64,000 nucleotides of DNA, from NCBI GenBank assembly GCA_050331735.1, contig JBHJGN010000051.1, forward strand, positions 1 to 64,000, given 5' to 3'. The stretch's first letter is position 1, and each line of letters opens with the position of its first letter. This stretch comes from Cyanophyceae cyanobacterium (GTDB lineage: Bacteria > Cyanobacteriota > Cyanobacteriia > Cyanobacteriales > JBHJGN01). This document shows positions 9,264-20,084 of this stretch, one piece after another. A program made the translations under genes and the position numbers. The notes under the pieces were generated by a model, which saw only the letters and a program-made list of their open reading frames with translations, was not told where the DNA came from and did not search any database.

Positions 9264-12188
9264 CTAAACTGGAAAGCGTTTCATGGCTGCGATCGCCGCT
9301 TTAGCATTGTTCACCAAAGTACTAGACAGTCCGGGAACCTGAGGCACCTGCCACAGCAAATCCACCGTGCGGCGCAGCATCCTGACAATATCTCCTTCAT
9401 CTAAGCTGGTCGCTTCGCAGAGGTCGTTCCACTCGGTTCCTAAAGCCCACTGTTCCACCACCCCGCTCAGGTGTCGCTCTAGCCAAACCGGCATCGCTAC
9501 GGCATAGCGATTTTGAATCTGGTTGAGCTGTCGCCGCATTTCCCACAGGTTAACCCCAGGGCTAGGCTCAGACTTTCTCACTCCCAGAGCCTCCAGCACT
9601 TCTGGAGATGGCAAGTAATCAGTCCACGTATCGGGACGAGGCGTTTCTGTAATCAGCGCACAGAGAGCGGCGGCTAGATGGGGTGGCTCTAGGTCATTCA
9701 GCGCCCCGGATGCCAGCGCTAGCCCTAACCATAGCTCATTCTCACCCCGAATAGCGGCGGCGGCTTGTCCGAGAGGCGTCGGGGTAAAGTCGTCTAGAGC
9801 ACCGAACCAGCGCAGCACCTCGACCAAATTGAGAAATTCTTCCCAGTAATAAGAGCGACGGGACTGATGTTTTTGGTACTTAATCTGACTTTCGTGGAGC
9901 TGCTCCTGTAAACTAAGTCGCTGCTTGTGGCGCTTGACCACAGTGCCCGGTTTGGCGAGCTGCTGGAGGGGATGATGGTCGAGTTCAGCCTGCACCCTGT
10001 CTAGGCGCTGTTGCTGTTCTACAACTTCTGGCGGAGTGGGCAGAGCATAATCGGGGAGCTGACGGCTGACTGCTGCCGTGTCGTCTGAACCTCGAGCAAT
10101 TTGCCCTAAACCGACGCTTTCTAAATCAGGAAGAGAGAGCGGCACGGCTGCCCTCAGTTCCTGCTCGTCAGAGAGAGCCTGCTGGAAAACAACAGGGCGC
10201 TGTCCGATGACTTCATCAATATCGATGACGTCGGCGTTCATGACCACGTACCAATAGTTGTCTGCTCCTAAACACACCAGCCGTGGCGCTTGACCAGACC
10301 CAGGAATTTTAGCCACCAGTACGGCGGCCAATGGAGAAGCTGCCGACACATGCTTCCCCTCCAGGTAAAGTACGGCTCCGGGAGAGAGCGCTGGAAACAG
10401 AGAAGTCACGGAGCGCCGTCTGGTAGCCTTCGCCTGCTGCTGTAAAATTTTAAGGAGGCGACGTTCTTCTTTGAGGCGTTCTTTGAGTTTTTCGTAGCGC
10501 GCTAACTGAGCAACGTTAAAAGGCGCTAGCTCTACATCTAATTTAGCGAGTTCTATGGACAGGGAGGCAATGGCCTGCTGCTCGGGCGCGAGCTGACGCT
10601 GGACGAGATACTCGGCGAAGCTGCGCTCTAGTAAATCTTTCACTTCGTCAATATCGTGCTTTTGCAGCAGATTCAGCACCATGCCGTAGGAGGGGGTAAA
10701 CCAGCTTTTGAGCGGTTCTGCCTGAGCCGTCGCTAAATAGGCCGCTTCTTTGGCTCCTTCAAACGGCGTTTGTACGGTAACAACGTACCCCACTTCGTCC
10801 ATTCCCCGTCGTCCGGCTCGGCCTGCAATTTGCAGAAACTCTGAAGGAGTGAGCATGGTATGTCCCGCATCGGTTCGTTTGGAGAGGGAAGAAATCACGG
10901 TTGTCCGCGCTGGCATGTTAATTCCTGCTGCTAACGTCGCCGTGGCAAACACCACTTTCACAAGCCCCAGCTCAAACAGCTCTTCTACCAGTTCTTTCCA
11001 AGCCGGTAGCAGTCCGGCATGGTGAGCCGCGATGCCCCGCGTGAGCGGTTCAAGCTGATCGACCCTGGCCACTTCCGACCCCTCCGCCAGTGCCTCAAAC
11101 AGAGCTAACTTCGCGTCCGGATATTCGTGCAAATACCGCACCAGTTCCGGGCGCTCTGCGGGATCGGTAAAAAACCGGAGCAGTCTTTGGCTCAGCGCCG
11201 CATTTTCCTGAGCAAAATAGTCGATAACCTGCTGCTGTAGGTCAAAATTTCTCGCCAAAAAGAACTCCAGCAGGAGAATTTGAATCGCTTGGGTTTCCTG
11301 GTCGCTAACGAGCGTTACCCCGTAAAGCTCGTTAACGGCGCGATCGCACCCGCGCCGACTAAAGATAATGTAGATAGCGGGCAACATCTCTTCCTGCCGC
11401 AGTTGCTTAATCACCTGGGGAATCAGCGGACAGTTTTCTTTGAGGTGTCGTCGGTTTCCTTTCGATTTGGGGGGCTTGAGGCGAGCGTTGAGCTTTTGTT
11501 TACTGTTGAGTAAAGGAAACAACCCGCGTCTGTTGCTAAAGTAGAACCGCAGCGGCACTGGACGCACATCCGAGTCGATCAGTTCGCATTGACGCTGTGG
11601 TTCGGCGGCTTCAGCGCGCACCTGCTCGATCCAGTCGGCCAACTCTTCCGGGTTACCGATGGTGGCCGAGAGAGCCACTAGCTGAATCGAAGGAGGGCAG
11701 TAAATAATTGATTCTTCCCAGACCGTTCCTCGCTGGCGGTCGCTAATGTAGTGACATTCATCTAGCACCACGGTTTCCACCGCCTCTAGGGAAGTGCCCA
11801 CTTCCCCAATCGGCGTTTCGTAGAGCATGTTCCGAAAAATTTCGGTCGTCATCACCACAATCGGGGCATTAGGGTTTACCAAAATATCTCCCGTAATTAG
11901 CCCAACGACATTGCGCTGACCAAATTTCTCCTGAAAATCGCGAAATTTTTGGTTCGATAGAGCCTTCAGGGGAGTGGTATAGAAAACTCGTTTTTGATGG
12001 GCAAGAGCGCGATAAATTGCGTATTCCCCAATTAGCGTTTTCCCCGACCCCGTCGGCGCACAAACGACCACCGACTTTCCTGCATCCAGAGCGGCGATCG
12101 CCCTAATCTGAAAATCGTCTAGCTTAAAAGGAAAGATCTCTGCCAGATTCAGTTGATTAGCAGCAGGATCATCTTTAACTTGTTCCAT
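9264..12188 (-). CDS. helY: Ski2-like DEAD/DEAH-box RNA helicase (HelY family, C-terminal DSHCT)
   Basis: APTGSGKT, PLKALSNQK, DECH, SAT, GINMPART, QIAGRAGRRG and C-terminal DEGDIVR. Confidence 0.9.
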   Translation of the reverse strand: MEQVKDDPAANQLNLAEIFPFKLDDFQIRAIAALDAGKSVVVCAPTGSGKTLIGEYAIYRALAHQKRVFYTTPLKALSNQKFRDFQEKFGQRNVVGLITGDILVNPNAPIVVMTTEIFRNMLYETPIGEVGTSLEAVETVVLDECHYISDRQRGTVWEESIIYCPPSIQLVALSATIGNPEELADWIEQVRAEAAEPQRQCELIDSDVRPVPLRFYFSNRRGLFPLLNSKQKLNARLKPPKSKGNRRHLKENCPLIPQVIKQLRQEEMLPAIYIIFSRRGCDRAVNELYGVTLVSDQETQAIQILLLEFFLARNFDLQQQVIDYFAQENAALSQRLLRFFTDPAERPELVRYLHEYPDAKLALFEALAEGSEVARVDQLEPLTRGIAAHHAGLLPAWKELVEELFELGLVKVVFATATLAAGINMPARTTVISSLSKRTDAGHTMLTPSEFLQIAGRAGRRGMDEVGYVVTVQTPFEGAKEAAYLATAQAEPLKSWFTPSYGMVLNLLQKHDIDEVKDLLERSFAEYLVQRQLAPEQQAIASLSIELAKLDVELAPFNVAQLARYEKLKERLKEERRLLKILQQQAKATRRRSVTSLFPALSPGAVLYLEGKHVSAASPLAAVLVAKIPGSGQAPRLVCLGADNYWYVVMNADVIDIDEVIGQRPVVFQQALSDEQELRAAVPLSLPDLESVGLGQIARGSDDTAAVSRQLPDYALPTPPEVVEQQQRLDRVQAELDHHPLQQLAKPGTVVKRHKQRLSLQEQLHESQIKYQKHQSRRSYYWEEFLNLVEVLRWFGALDDFTPTPLGQAAAAIRGENELWLGLALASGALNDLEPPHLAAALCALITETPRPDTWTDYLPSPEVLEALGVRKSEPSPGVNLWEMRRQLNQIQNRYAVAMPVWLERHLSGVVEQWALGTEWNDLCEATSLDEGDIVRMLRRTVDLLWQVPQVPGLSSTLVNNAKAAIAAMKRFPV

Positions 12189-12346
12189 GCAACAGCAGAT
12201 GCGCCTTGATTCTAGTTTTGTGACTGTAGCTCGGTGGTTCAGTTGGCACTTTTGGCTTCAGTGTTCCGACTAACTTCATTGTAAGCGACTGTCAAGTAAT
12301 TCCTTACTAGTAGCGCCACAGGCGCAGGGGAAAGTTGCTGCGCAAC

Positions 12347-12484
12347 GGGGAAAGGGAAAAGGGGAAGGGGGAAAGGGAGTAATGATTTAGCTTGCTCCGT
12401 AGTCCTGTATTTTCTAACCGTCCCGGAGGGTCAATTGCCCCTTCCCCGTTCCGGAGGAACTATTTTCCCTTTTCCACTTCCCCG
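12347..12484. repeat. Purine-rich short tandem repeats (GGGGAAA-like) with a complementary pyrimidine arm, STRR-type intergenic element
   Basis: ggggaaagggaaaaggggaagggggaaaggg near 12347-12378 and ttttccccttttccacttcccc near 12463-12483. A similar run occurs at about 54045-54073. Confidence 0.5.
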
Positions 12485-12497
12485 TCCCTACGGGACT

Positions 12498-12989
12498 TCA
12501 CTCCCCATAGAGCTTAGCTAGAGCATTTTGAACCTCTGACGGGAGCTGACGCATGATTTTGCCCTGCTTGGGATCGACAGCTACTAGCGTCACTCGTCCG
12601 GTTAGATAAAGTTCGTGTGCATCGGGAGACTGAATTTGGTAGTCCCAGTGGATGCGCACTCCCTTCGAGTCAGTCATGCGGGTTTTTACAATAGCGGTGC
12701 TTCCCATCCGAATGGGCAGATGATAGCGCAAGGACACTTCTACTACCGGCAAGTCGCATCCCAATGCCACTAATTCTGCAAAATCAATTCCAATTGAGCG
12801 CAGACATTCTATCCGCGCTGACTCCATCCAGCTCAAATAGGCGCCATGCCAGACAATTCCTGCATAGTCAGTATGATGCGGTTGCGCTCTCACAGGATAC
12901 TCAAACCATTTTTCGGTCGTGGCCTGCAATTCTGCTTTGGGCTGAATGGCGTTAGTAGACGGCAGTTGACGAGATGAAGGCTGCTTCAC
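12498..12989 (-). CDS. Acyl-CoA thioesterase, YbgC/4HBT family
   Basis: HTDYAGIVWHGAYLSWMESAR hot-dog fold signature. Confidence 0.85.
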   Translation of the reverse strand: MKQPSSRQLPSTNAIQPKAELQATTEKWFEYPVRAQPHHTDYAGIVWHGAYLSWMESARIECLRSIGIDFAELVALGCDLPVVEVSLRYHLPIRMGSTAIVKTRMTDSKGVRIHWDYQIQSPDAHELYLTGRVTLVAVDPKQGKIMRQLPSEVQNALAKLYGE

Positions 12990-13070
12990 GGGCTGATGCT
13001 AAACATTAATTAAGCTTTTCTTTGCTATTCTATCGCTAGCCACGCTCGCTCATCGGTTGATTGATGAGAT

Positions 13071-14108
13071 TTGAGTCGAACCAGAATCACGGGCAACATA
13101 CACTCAGTCAGGTCAGTGGAGTCAAAAAGCGTGAAGTTACTTCTAATTGTGGCAGCGATCGCCAGCGGATTCATTGTTCTTGAAGTCAGTTTGCGTCTAT
13201 TTGGTTTGGGAAATCCACCGCTTTATATCCCCGATGCTGAAATTGGCTATCTCCTGGCCCCTAATCAGCGCGTCCGCCGCTTTGGGAACCGTATTGAAAT
13301 CAATCAGTATGCAATGCGCACGGGGGCGATCGCTCTCCAGCGCCCTGCTGAAACTCTCCGGATCTTCTTGCTAGGAGATTCTGTCGCTAATGGGGCGTGG
13401 TGGACCGACCAGGAGGAAACAATTTCTGCTCTGATCGAGCAGCAGCTACAGACCACCGCAACCGTTCCCCAAGTGGACCCTGCTCAAAGCGACCGCCAGA
13501 GGCTTTTTTGGCGAAACGTTGAGGTGCTAAACGCCTCCGCTAATTCTTGGGGACCGCGCAATGAGCTAGCCTACCTGCAACGATACGGAACCTTTGAAGC
13601 TCAACTGATCGTGTTGCTGATCAACACAGACGATCTGTTTGCGACGGCTCCTACTTCACTCCCGGTTGGACAAGATCGCAATTATCCTGACCGAAAAACC
13701 CTGGCTTTAGCAGAAGTCGCTCGTCGATGGCAACGCCCCTCGCCCATTCCTGGCCTGGACGAGGTGAGAAAAGAAGGCGGCGATCGCGTTGGCTTCAATC
13801 TCGCAGCGATCACGCAGATAAAAGCGATCGCCAAGGAGCATAAGGCTCAGTTTCTGCTGGCGATGACTCCTCTACTGAGAGAATGCGAGGCGACTGGCCC
13901 AAGAGATTACGAACTTAAAGCCAGGGAGCGGTTAACACAGTTCGCCTCCGAGCACCAGATTTCCTACATCGATTTTCTGCCCTTGTTCAAACCCGATTGC
14001 CATCAGCTTTACCGAGATCATATCCATCTCAGCCCTCAAGGAAATCAGCTCGTCAGTAGAACCCTGAGTCAAAGGGTTACCAGCGATCAGTTACCAGTTG
14101 GCCGCTAA
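13071..14108 (+). CDS. SGNH/GDSL hydrolase family membrane-anchored protein (true start probably GTG 13131)
   Basis: N-terminal hydrophobic segment, LLGDS, NTDD and DHIHLS motifs. Confidence 0.85.
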   Translation: MSRTRITGNIHSVRSVESKSVKLLLIVAAIASGFIVLEVSLRLFGLGNPPLYIPDAEIGYLLAPNQRVRRFGNRIEINQYAMRTGAIALQRPAETLRIFLLGDSVANGAWWTDQEETISALIEQQLQTTATVPQVDPAQSDRQRLFWRNVEVLNASANSWGPRNELAYLQRYGTFEAQLIVLLINTDDLFATAPTSLPVGQDRNYPDRKTLALAEVARRWQRPSPIPGLDEVRKEGGDRVGFNLAAITQIKAIAKEHKAQFLLAMTPLLRECEATGPRDYELKARERLTQFASEHQISYIDFLPLFKPDCHQLYRDHIHLSPQGNQLVSRTLSQRVTSDQLPVGR

Positions 14109-14181
14109 GAAGGCTTGGTCTTTAGTGATTGGGACTGGTCCGTTCCTAGACTAGCTACTGAATCCGGTCACTGTTCACAGC

Positions 14182-15246
14182 TTATGAGACCGACAGCGGT
14201 GGAGTAAACATCTGATGAGGTTCCCAATCCGAGGACTGCCAAACCTGACCGTCAAGCGCCATCTGCTCGATCAGGCTAGCTAAGCGCAGGGCTTTGAGAG
14301 CCTGTTCTCCTCCTACTGAAGGTTGGTTTCCTCCTCGGACGCAGTTGACGAAGTGTTCTAGCTCAGCACAGAGCTTGTCAATGTTGCTGGTGTAGACCTT
14401 TTCAATCAACCCATCCTGGCGATAGAGAACTTGGCCATAATCAGTGGTGCAGTTGGCCACCGTTTGCCGATGAATCAGAATCTCGTTGTTGAGAAAATCG
14501 GCTTCAGTCAGGGAATTTTTGCAGTGCGCCGCGATCCGACGGATTTTCCGATGGGTAACTTTGCTAGCTGTTAAGGTTGCAATTTGGCCACTGGCAAATC
14601 CTAATGTTGCCGTTACATAGTCAAGATAGCCCGAATCAGCAGCGCGGCTTCCGCTAGCCGTTAGTTTGACAACAGGAGCCGCAGCGAGTTCTAGTAATAA
14701 ATCAATGTCGTGGATCATCAAATCCAGAACGACAGAAACATCACTGGCTCGTTTAGCATAGGGACTCATCCGATGAGCTTCTAATGCCAGTAGCTCTTCG
14801 GTTTTGAGAACTTTTCTCAGTTCCTGAAAAGCCGGGTTAAACCGTTCAATATGACCGACTTGCAAAATACAGTTAAACTTCGCGGCTCCGTTGACCAAAG
14901 CTTCTGCCTCAGCAATGCTAGCCGCAATCGGCTTTTCGATCAGGGTATGGATGCCAGCCTGCAAACAGTCCATCCCGACTCGAAAATGGAGCCGAGTCGG
15001 CACGGCAATACAAACTGCATCCACAAAAGGAAGCAAATCTAAATAGTTTTCAAAAAAGCGGACTCGATATTTGCTGGCTATATCTAGCCCGCGCTCGACG
15101 TTGATATCGGCAACTCCGACTAATTCAACATCTTTGAGCAAGTTGAGGACGCGAGTATGGTGTTGACCCATATTGCCTACGCCAATAACGCCAACTCGAA
15201 GTGGCTGCGGTCCTTTCGGTACGCTGATCGCTTTGTCTTCTGACAT
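14182..15246 (-). CDS. Gfo/Idh/MocA family oxidoreductase
   Basis: GVIGVGNMG, EKP, GHIERFNP and DLMIHDID. Confidence 0.9.
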   Translation of the reverse strand: MSEDKAISVPKGPQPLRVGVIGVGNMGQHHTRVLNLLKDVELVGVADINVERGLDIASKYRVRFFENYLDLLPFVDAVCIAVPTRLHFRVGMDCLQAGIHTLIEKPIAASIAEAEALVNGAAKFNCILQVGHIERFNPAFQELRKVLKTEELLALEAHRMSPYAKRASDVSVVLDLMIHDIDLLLELAAAPVVKLTASGSRAADSGYLDYVTATLGFASGQIATLTASKVTHRKIRRIAAHCKNSLTEADFLNNEILIHRQTVANCTTDYGQVLYRQDGLIEKVYTSNIDKLCAELEHFVNCVRGGNQPSVGGEQALKALRLASLIEQMALDGQVWQSSDWEPHQMFTPPLSVS

Positions 15247-15503
15247 TATGAATGTTATTCTCCTCCACCACAGGGGACGTCGGTCGCTGAAGCGCCTAAT
15301 CCTCCTAAAACCACCCAGATAGTATCACAGTTCTTTTAATTGTAAAGAATTTTAAAACGATCCGGTTTAGCTGACAGTAGTGACGCCCTAGCCTCCTAGA
15401 GCCCCAAGCCCCTGACCCCCTCCTCTAATCGGTGAGCTTTGTTCAACTGCGTCAGTCCTAGTTTAGGTAGAGCTAAGAGCGAGCAGACAGTCGGGCCTTG
15501 TTA

Positions 15504-16934
15504 TTAACCTTCCTGGCTGCCTTCAGAGGAAAGAAAATCTAAGGGAGATGGCTCGCGGCGATGAATGCGAATTTGGTACAGGCGGTTTCCCAGAGCCGAA
15601 ACCACTGTAAAATCGAGATTTTCGTATCGCAACGTTTCTTCTTGAGCGGGAATTTTTTGGAGTTGCGTCACCAAGAAACCGCCTAGAGTATGATACTCAT
15701 CAGAGAGAGGCAGCTCGAGATTGAGCAGCTCATTCACTTCTTCTATGTTCATCTGTGCCTGGACGAGAAACGTCTGTTCGTCGAGCATTTTCAGCTCAGC
15801 GGCTTCTGCATTCTCGTCCTCTGGCTCATCGCCAATAATTTCAGCAATCAGATCTTGGAAAGTGACCAGTCCTGCTGTACCGCCAAATTCATCAACGATA
15901 ATGGCCATTTTGAGGGGCGATCGCTGTAGAAGCGGCAGCAATTCGCTGAGCAGCATGGTTTCTGACACAAACCGAATTGGTTTAATCCATTGCTCAATGG
16001 ACGTTTGGGGGGTAATTTGTCCCTTAGCTAGCGGGGCCGCTAAATCTTTGAAATCGACCGCGCCGCGAATGTCGTCGGGGGACTCGCCGATCACAGGATA
16101 GCGAGAATGACCGGAGAGAGCGACTTTAGTCAGTAGCGTTTTAAAAGAGGCGGTTGATTCTACCGTCACTAAACTGGTGCGGGGAACCATAATTTCAGCC
16201 GCTAACACTTCACCAAACTCAAACACGTTTTTCAGCAGGAGTCGTTCTTCGACTTCGAGTCCGGTAGATTCCCGTTCGGTGGTTACAATCAGCCTTAGTT
16301 CTTCGGGCGTGACTCGATTGTAGAGGTCTTGTCGAGTCGCTTTAATGCCGCCTAGTCTTAGTAGCAGACGGGTAGACTGATTAAGAATCCAAATTAAGGG
16401 AGTAAAACAGCGAGCGATCGCGAGGCTAGGAGGACCAAGGAATCGGGCCAGTTGCTCGGAGTAAAGCAGAGCAACTGATTTCGGACAGAGTTCCCCGAGA
16501 ACAATTTGCAAATAGGCAATCAGACAGAAAGCAACGGGAATGGTGAATGAGTGCGCAATGGCATCGGTTAACGCTTCTGGCAGGGGCAAGCTGACCAGCG
16601 GAATTCTCACTAACGCCCCCATTGTACTTTCACCAATCCAGCCGAGAGCCAAGCTCGACAGCGTAATGCCTAGCTGGGTGGTAGACAGGAGGCGCTCGAT
16701 ACTTTGCTGGAAGGATTGAACGGTCTGGGCCTGCAAATCCCCAGCCTCAACAAGCTGGATAATTCGCGAACGCCGGACCGAGACAATCGCGAACTCAGCC
16801 GTGACAAAAAAAGCGTTAATAGCGATTAACAGTAGGACAGAGAGCAGCCGTAGCCAGACATCTTGACTAGTCATCAACTCATGGAGCAGTTCAGCATGGT
16901 CAGGGGGTGAGATAGGAGCACCGAAGTTGACCAA
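15504..16934 (-). CDS. Hemolysin/CNNM (CorB/CorC-like) membrane protein with CBS pair
   Basis: NAFFVTAEFAIVSVR, QLGIT, GELCPK, HSRYPV, VDEFGGTAGLVT and C-terminal CorC_HlyC domain. Confidence 0.9.
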   Translation of the reverse strand: MVNFGAPISPPDHAELLHELMTSQDVWLRLLSVLLLIAINAFFVTAEFAIVSVRRSRIIQLVEAGDLQAQTVQSFQQSIERLLSTTQLGITLSSLALGWIGESTMGALVRIPLVSLPLPEALTDAIAHSFTIPVAFCLIAYLQIVLGELCPKSVALLYSEQLARFLGPPSLAIARCFTPLIWILNQSTRLLLRLGGIKATRQDLYNRVTPEELRLIVTTERESTGLEVEERLLLKNVFEFGEVLAAEIMVPRTSLVTVESTASFKTLLTKVALSGHSRYPVIGESPDDIRGAVDFKDLAAPLAKGQITPQTSIEQWIKPIRFVSETMLLSELLPLLQRSPLKMAIIVDEFGGTAGLVTFQDLIAEIIGDEPEDENAEAAELKMLDEQTFLVQAQMNIEEVNELLNLELPLSDEYHTLGGFLVTQLQKIPAQEETLRYENLDFTVVSALGNRLYQIRIHRREPSPLDFLSSEGSQEG

Positions 16935-17079
16935 CGCTCACCGCAGGCAAGGACACGGTGCCGGAGAAGTCCGGCTGGTGAGCTTCCGCTCCGCCGTGAA
17001 ACGACGGAGTATTCGGGGACTCAATCTGTTGGGTCAGCACCTCAGCCTTTGCTGTTCCTCTATCCTGCCTCCTTTACTC

Positions 17080-17787
17080 TTACCTCTTTACCGGAATTTT
17101 GGGGATGTTTAAACGAATATTTTGATTGGGATAGTCTGTCAGCAGCAGAGAAAGCTGCTCGGTATCTTCTAATAGGGCCAGCGGAATACTGACCGTTCCT
17201 AGAAATTTCTGGCCCGTCGGCGGTAACTCTCCAGGCAGACCATCCGCGATCACCCCCAGCGCTCGCTCGTTATCGTCTTTGACCTCCATAAAGCTATAGA
17301 GAAACTGAACCGTCTCCTCGCTATTGTTTGCCAAGCTGACCTGAAGCTGGAGGGAGCCTCTCTGCTGATTCGTCTCGACGATTTCCAACACGACTCCACT
17401 ATCCTCAGCCTGGAGGGGAAATTTCGATTCAGGCGGCTCAGAAGATTTAATAAAACTTCGCGTTTCGTCTTTAACTTCTTTTATTTCCTGGGCCGGGGGA
17501 GACGTTTTTTTGCCGTGGATCTGATCGTAAACCTTGACTAAAATTTCTTTCTCCGGCACGACGGTAAACTTCTTCGCTTTGCCCTCTGTCTTTTGCCAGC
17601 TTGCTCTCATCGGATCGATTTTGGGCTGGGAAACGCTTTTTAACGCTTCGTGACCGAGAGTGTATCCCATCATGGCGCTGAGTGCTCCAGCCCCTGCCAT
17701 CATCACCAGAAGAATAGAAGTCAGCACTGCGGTTGACCTGAGTTTCATGATTTGCTGAATTTGAGCGACGTTCTCTATAGCAGTCAA
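17080..17787 (-). CDS. Conserved cyanobacterial hypothetical protein, N-terminal membrane anchor (start probably ATG 17748)
   Basis: Long ORF with N-terminal hydrophobic helix and a C-terminal beta-rich domain (VQFLYSF). Confidence 0.65.
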   Translation of the reverse strand: MTAIENVAQIQQIMKLRSTAVLTSILLVMMAGAGALSAMMGYTLGHEALKSVSQPKIDPMRASWQKTEGKAKKFTVVPEKEILVKVYDQIHGKKTSPPAQEIKEVKDETRSFIKSSEPPESKFPLQAEDSGVVLEIVETNQQRGSLQLQVSLANNSEETVQFLYSFMEVKDDNERALGVIADGLPGELPPTGQKFLGTVSIPLALLEDTEQLSLLLTDYPNQNIRLNIPKIPVKR

Positions 17788-17876
17788 GTCAGTTTAATAC
17801 ATAGAATATATAATAAAAAATAATTTTGGTTCTCGGGATTGTCATTTTGGCATATCCTGCTCAAAGTTATTCTTTG

Positions 17877-17949
17877 CCAGGGTTGGCCGAGCGGTTGAGG
17901 CAGCGAACTCATAATTCGCCCTAGGCAGGTTCAACTCCTGCACCCTGGA
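17877..17949 (+). tRNA. tRNA with CAT anticodon (probably lysidine tRNA-Ile2; Met not excluded)
   Basis: Cloverleaf CCAGGGT/ACCCTGG acceptor, GCGAA-CTCATAA-TTCGC anticodon arm, GCAGG-TTCAACT-CCTGC T arm. Lacks the initiator GGG/CCC anticodon stem. Confidence 0.9.
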
Positions 17950-18058
17950 CTAAGGATTCAACTGCCGCTGACCAGTGACTCAGCACAATTGCTGAACACT
18001 CAGCACTAACTATCGGCCACTGGTCACTGATTGAGTATAGGCTGTCGAACGAAACTAC

Positions 18059-18502
18059 TTACTGCGGGGAGCGGAGGATTGGCTCTTCAAAACTTGGGTC
18101 AAGTTCGGTCGCACGATACGCGGGCTCGGAGTGCAGCGAGGTATCGAAGGGATTGTCTAAGTCAGCAGTGCGGAGCAGCGGTCCGCTGCGACCCTGCTGA
18201 GTGAGAGCCGTCCGCAGCAAAGCATTCAGCAGCTCTGCATCTTCGGCTATTTGGGTTTCCGGAAATGACTCAAACCCGAGGAGAGTATTGAGCTGACTCC
18301 CGATGGTAATGGCGTCGTAGAAGTTGCCTGTGTTGGTAAAGAAAACGTGATTGAAAAGCGTTGATACATTAGCCGAGTCAATCGGCTGACTGTGGTCGCT
18401 GGTAGTAGCCGGAACCTCAGCCCGAGGTTCATTCGCTCTAGCAGGCAACGGTACGCCCGCTAGGATCGTCAGGGCAGATACTAGCAAAATCCGCTTAGAC
18501 AT
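18059..18502 (-). CDS. Secreted hypothetical protein
   Basis: Signal-peptide-like N-terminus (MSKRILLVSALTILAGVPLPARA) and a C-terminal LRTADLDNPFDTSL motif. Confidence 0.65.
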   Translation of the reverse strand: MSKRILLVSALTILAGVPLPARANEPRAEVPATTSDHSQPIDSANVSTLFNHVFFTNTGNFYDAITIGSQLNTLLGFESFPETQIAEDAELLNALLRTALTQQGRSGPLLRTADLDNPFDTSLHSEPAYRATELDPSFEEPILRSPQ

Positions 18503-18673
18503 GATTTTGATCTCCGTTTCAAGTCATTAGGTGTTTGTGAAGTTAAAAATTTTCACTGAGCACTCAATTGTGTTTAAATAAATCGAGGCAACAGTGCTCC
18601 CCTTCAAGGAGGCTTCGCTGCGATCGCAGTTTTTTGCGCGTCTCTAGTTCAGTTTTACTCGCTCTTTGAACGA

Positions 18674-19279
18674 ATGAAAAGATCGCCGTCCGGCTCGGTT
18701 GCTACGGCAGAACTTACGGCTGTTCGCCAGCATCTCCTCGAGTTGTTTTTTCGCCTTGCCTATCGCGAGGGAGATTTTCTGCTGTCCTCCGGGCAACGGA
18801 GCTCCTATTACATTAATGGTAAGTTGGTAACGCTAACCGCCGAAGGCGCTTTGGCGGTGGGCCGCCTCCTGCTATCGATGCTGCCAGAGGATACGGGGGC
18901 TGTAGCGGGCTTAACGCTAGGAGCCGATCCGATTGTGACAGCGCTCAGCGTCGTGTCTGCCTACGAAAACCGCCCGATTCCAGCACTGATCGTTCGCAAA
19001 GAACCCAAGGGACACGGAACGCAGGCCTATATCGAGGGACCGAATTTGGCGGCTGGCACTAAAGTCGTTGTTTTAGAGGATGTCGTAACCACGGGTAGGT
19101 CAGCTCTACTAGCGGTGGAACGGGTTCGCTCAGCCGACTACTGCGTTGAGGAAGTGATTGCCTTAGTAGATCGAGAGCAAGGCGGCGCTCAGCTCTATCA
19201 AGCAGAGCAGCTTAAATTTCGCTCGGTGTTTTCGATCAAAGACATTCAAAACTTTGGCAGTAAGCAGCGAGCAGACTAA
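18674..19279 (+). CDS. pyrE: Orotate phosphoribosyltransferase
   Basis: LSSGQRSSYY, RKEPKGHG and VVVLEDVVTTGRS PRPP-binding motif. Confidence 0.95.
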   Translation: MKRSPSGSVATAELTAVRQHLLELFFRLAYREGDFLLSSGQRSSYYINGKLVTLTAEGALAVGRLLLSMLPEDTGAVAGLTLGADPIVTALSVVSAYENRPIPALIVRKEPKGHGTQAYIEGPNLAAGTKVVVLEDVVTTGRSALLAVERVRSADYCVEEVIALVDREQGGAQLYQAEQLKFRSVFSIKDIQNFGSKQRAD

Positions 19280-19515
19280 CCAGCTAATTTGATAGCCGAT
19301 CGCTGGCATGACCGATAACTAGCTAAGCAGACTCGCTGAATACTCAGCACTAATCATCGGGAACTGGTAACTAGTAATTGATAATCGACCGCTGATTGTT
19401 AGGTGTAATTTCCTATTGACTTTTGAAAAGGCTATTGACGCCCCTAAAGTTTAGAATACTTCACGTTTTTGAGAGAATCTGTTCGTTAAACTAGGGATAT
19501 AACCAAGATTTAAGT

Positions 19516-20031
19516 ATGACTATGAATGCTATTTCTAACCGAAGCTTAAAGTCAGTAAACTGGTCGACTGTCGTAATGTTTGCTTTGGGTTTCTGGTTAA
19601 GCAGCAGCCTTATTATCGATACTCTCATTATTCCCGGTTTATTAGCGGCTGGAATGATGGCTCAAGATGGTTTTGCTAGTGCCGGCTATCTCATTTTCGG
19701 GGTATTCAATCGCGTTGAGCTCCTCTGTGCTGCCGTGGTGTTAACGGGATGTTTTGTTTTGCGTCGCCATCATCTTTTTACTCATCACCAAGAACGCTGG
19801 GCGATTCTATTATCAGGAACTTTACTGGCGGTCGCTCTGATTTATACCTACATCCTTACTCCGCAAATTAGCAGCTTAGGATTGAATCTCAATTTGTTTG
19901 AGGCTTCGCGAACGATGCCGACGGCCATGACTTCTCTCCACGAAGTCTACTGGGGATTAGAAGTGATCAAATTTATGGCAGGAGCAACGTTATTGCGCTG
20001 GTGCTATCACCGTTCTTGCCCGATTGCCTAG
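19516..20031 (+). CDS. DUF4149-like four-TM membrane protein
   Basis: Four hydrophobic segments, AGYLIFGVFNRVE and LHEVYWGLE. Confidence 0.7.
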   Translation: MTMNAISNRSLKSVNWSTVVMFALGFWLSSSLIIDTLIIPGLLAAGMMAQDGFASAGYLIFGVFNRVELLCAAVVLTGCFVLRRHHLFTHHQERWAILLSGTLLAVALIYTYILTPQISSLGLNLNLFEASRTMPTAMTSLHEVYWGLEVIKFMAGATLLRWCYHRSCPIA

Positions 20032-20060
20032 AACAAGACCCCAAAATTAGTGTTAATTGC

Positions 20061-20084
20061 AGGTGGGTCTAGCCCACCTTTTTT
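20061..20084 (+). terminator. Rho-independent terminator
   Basis: AGGTGGG-tctag-CCCACCT followed by a T run, 30 nt after the stop codon. Confidence 0.75.

Noticed and set aside
14083..14175. Heptamer-like repeats (CAGTTAC/CAGCGAT), also near 17965-18030 and 19275-19395
   Set aside because: Ordinary degenerate cyanobacterial short tandem repeats at gene ends, with no spacer structure.
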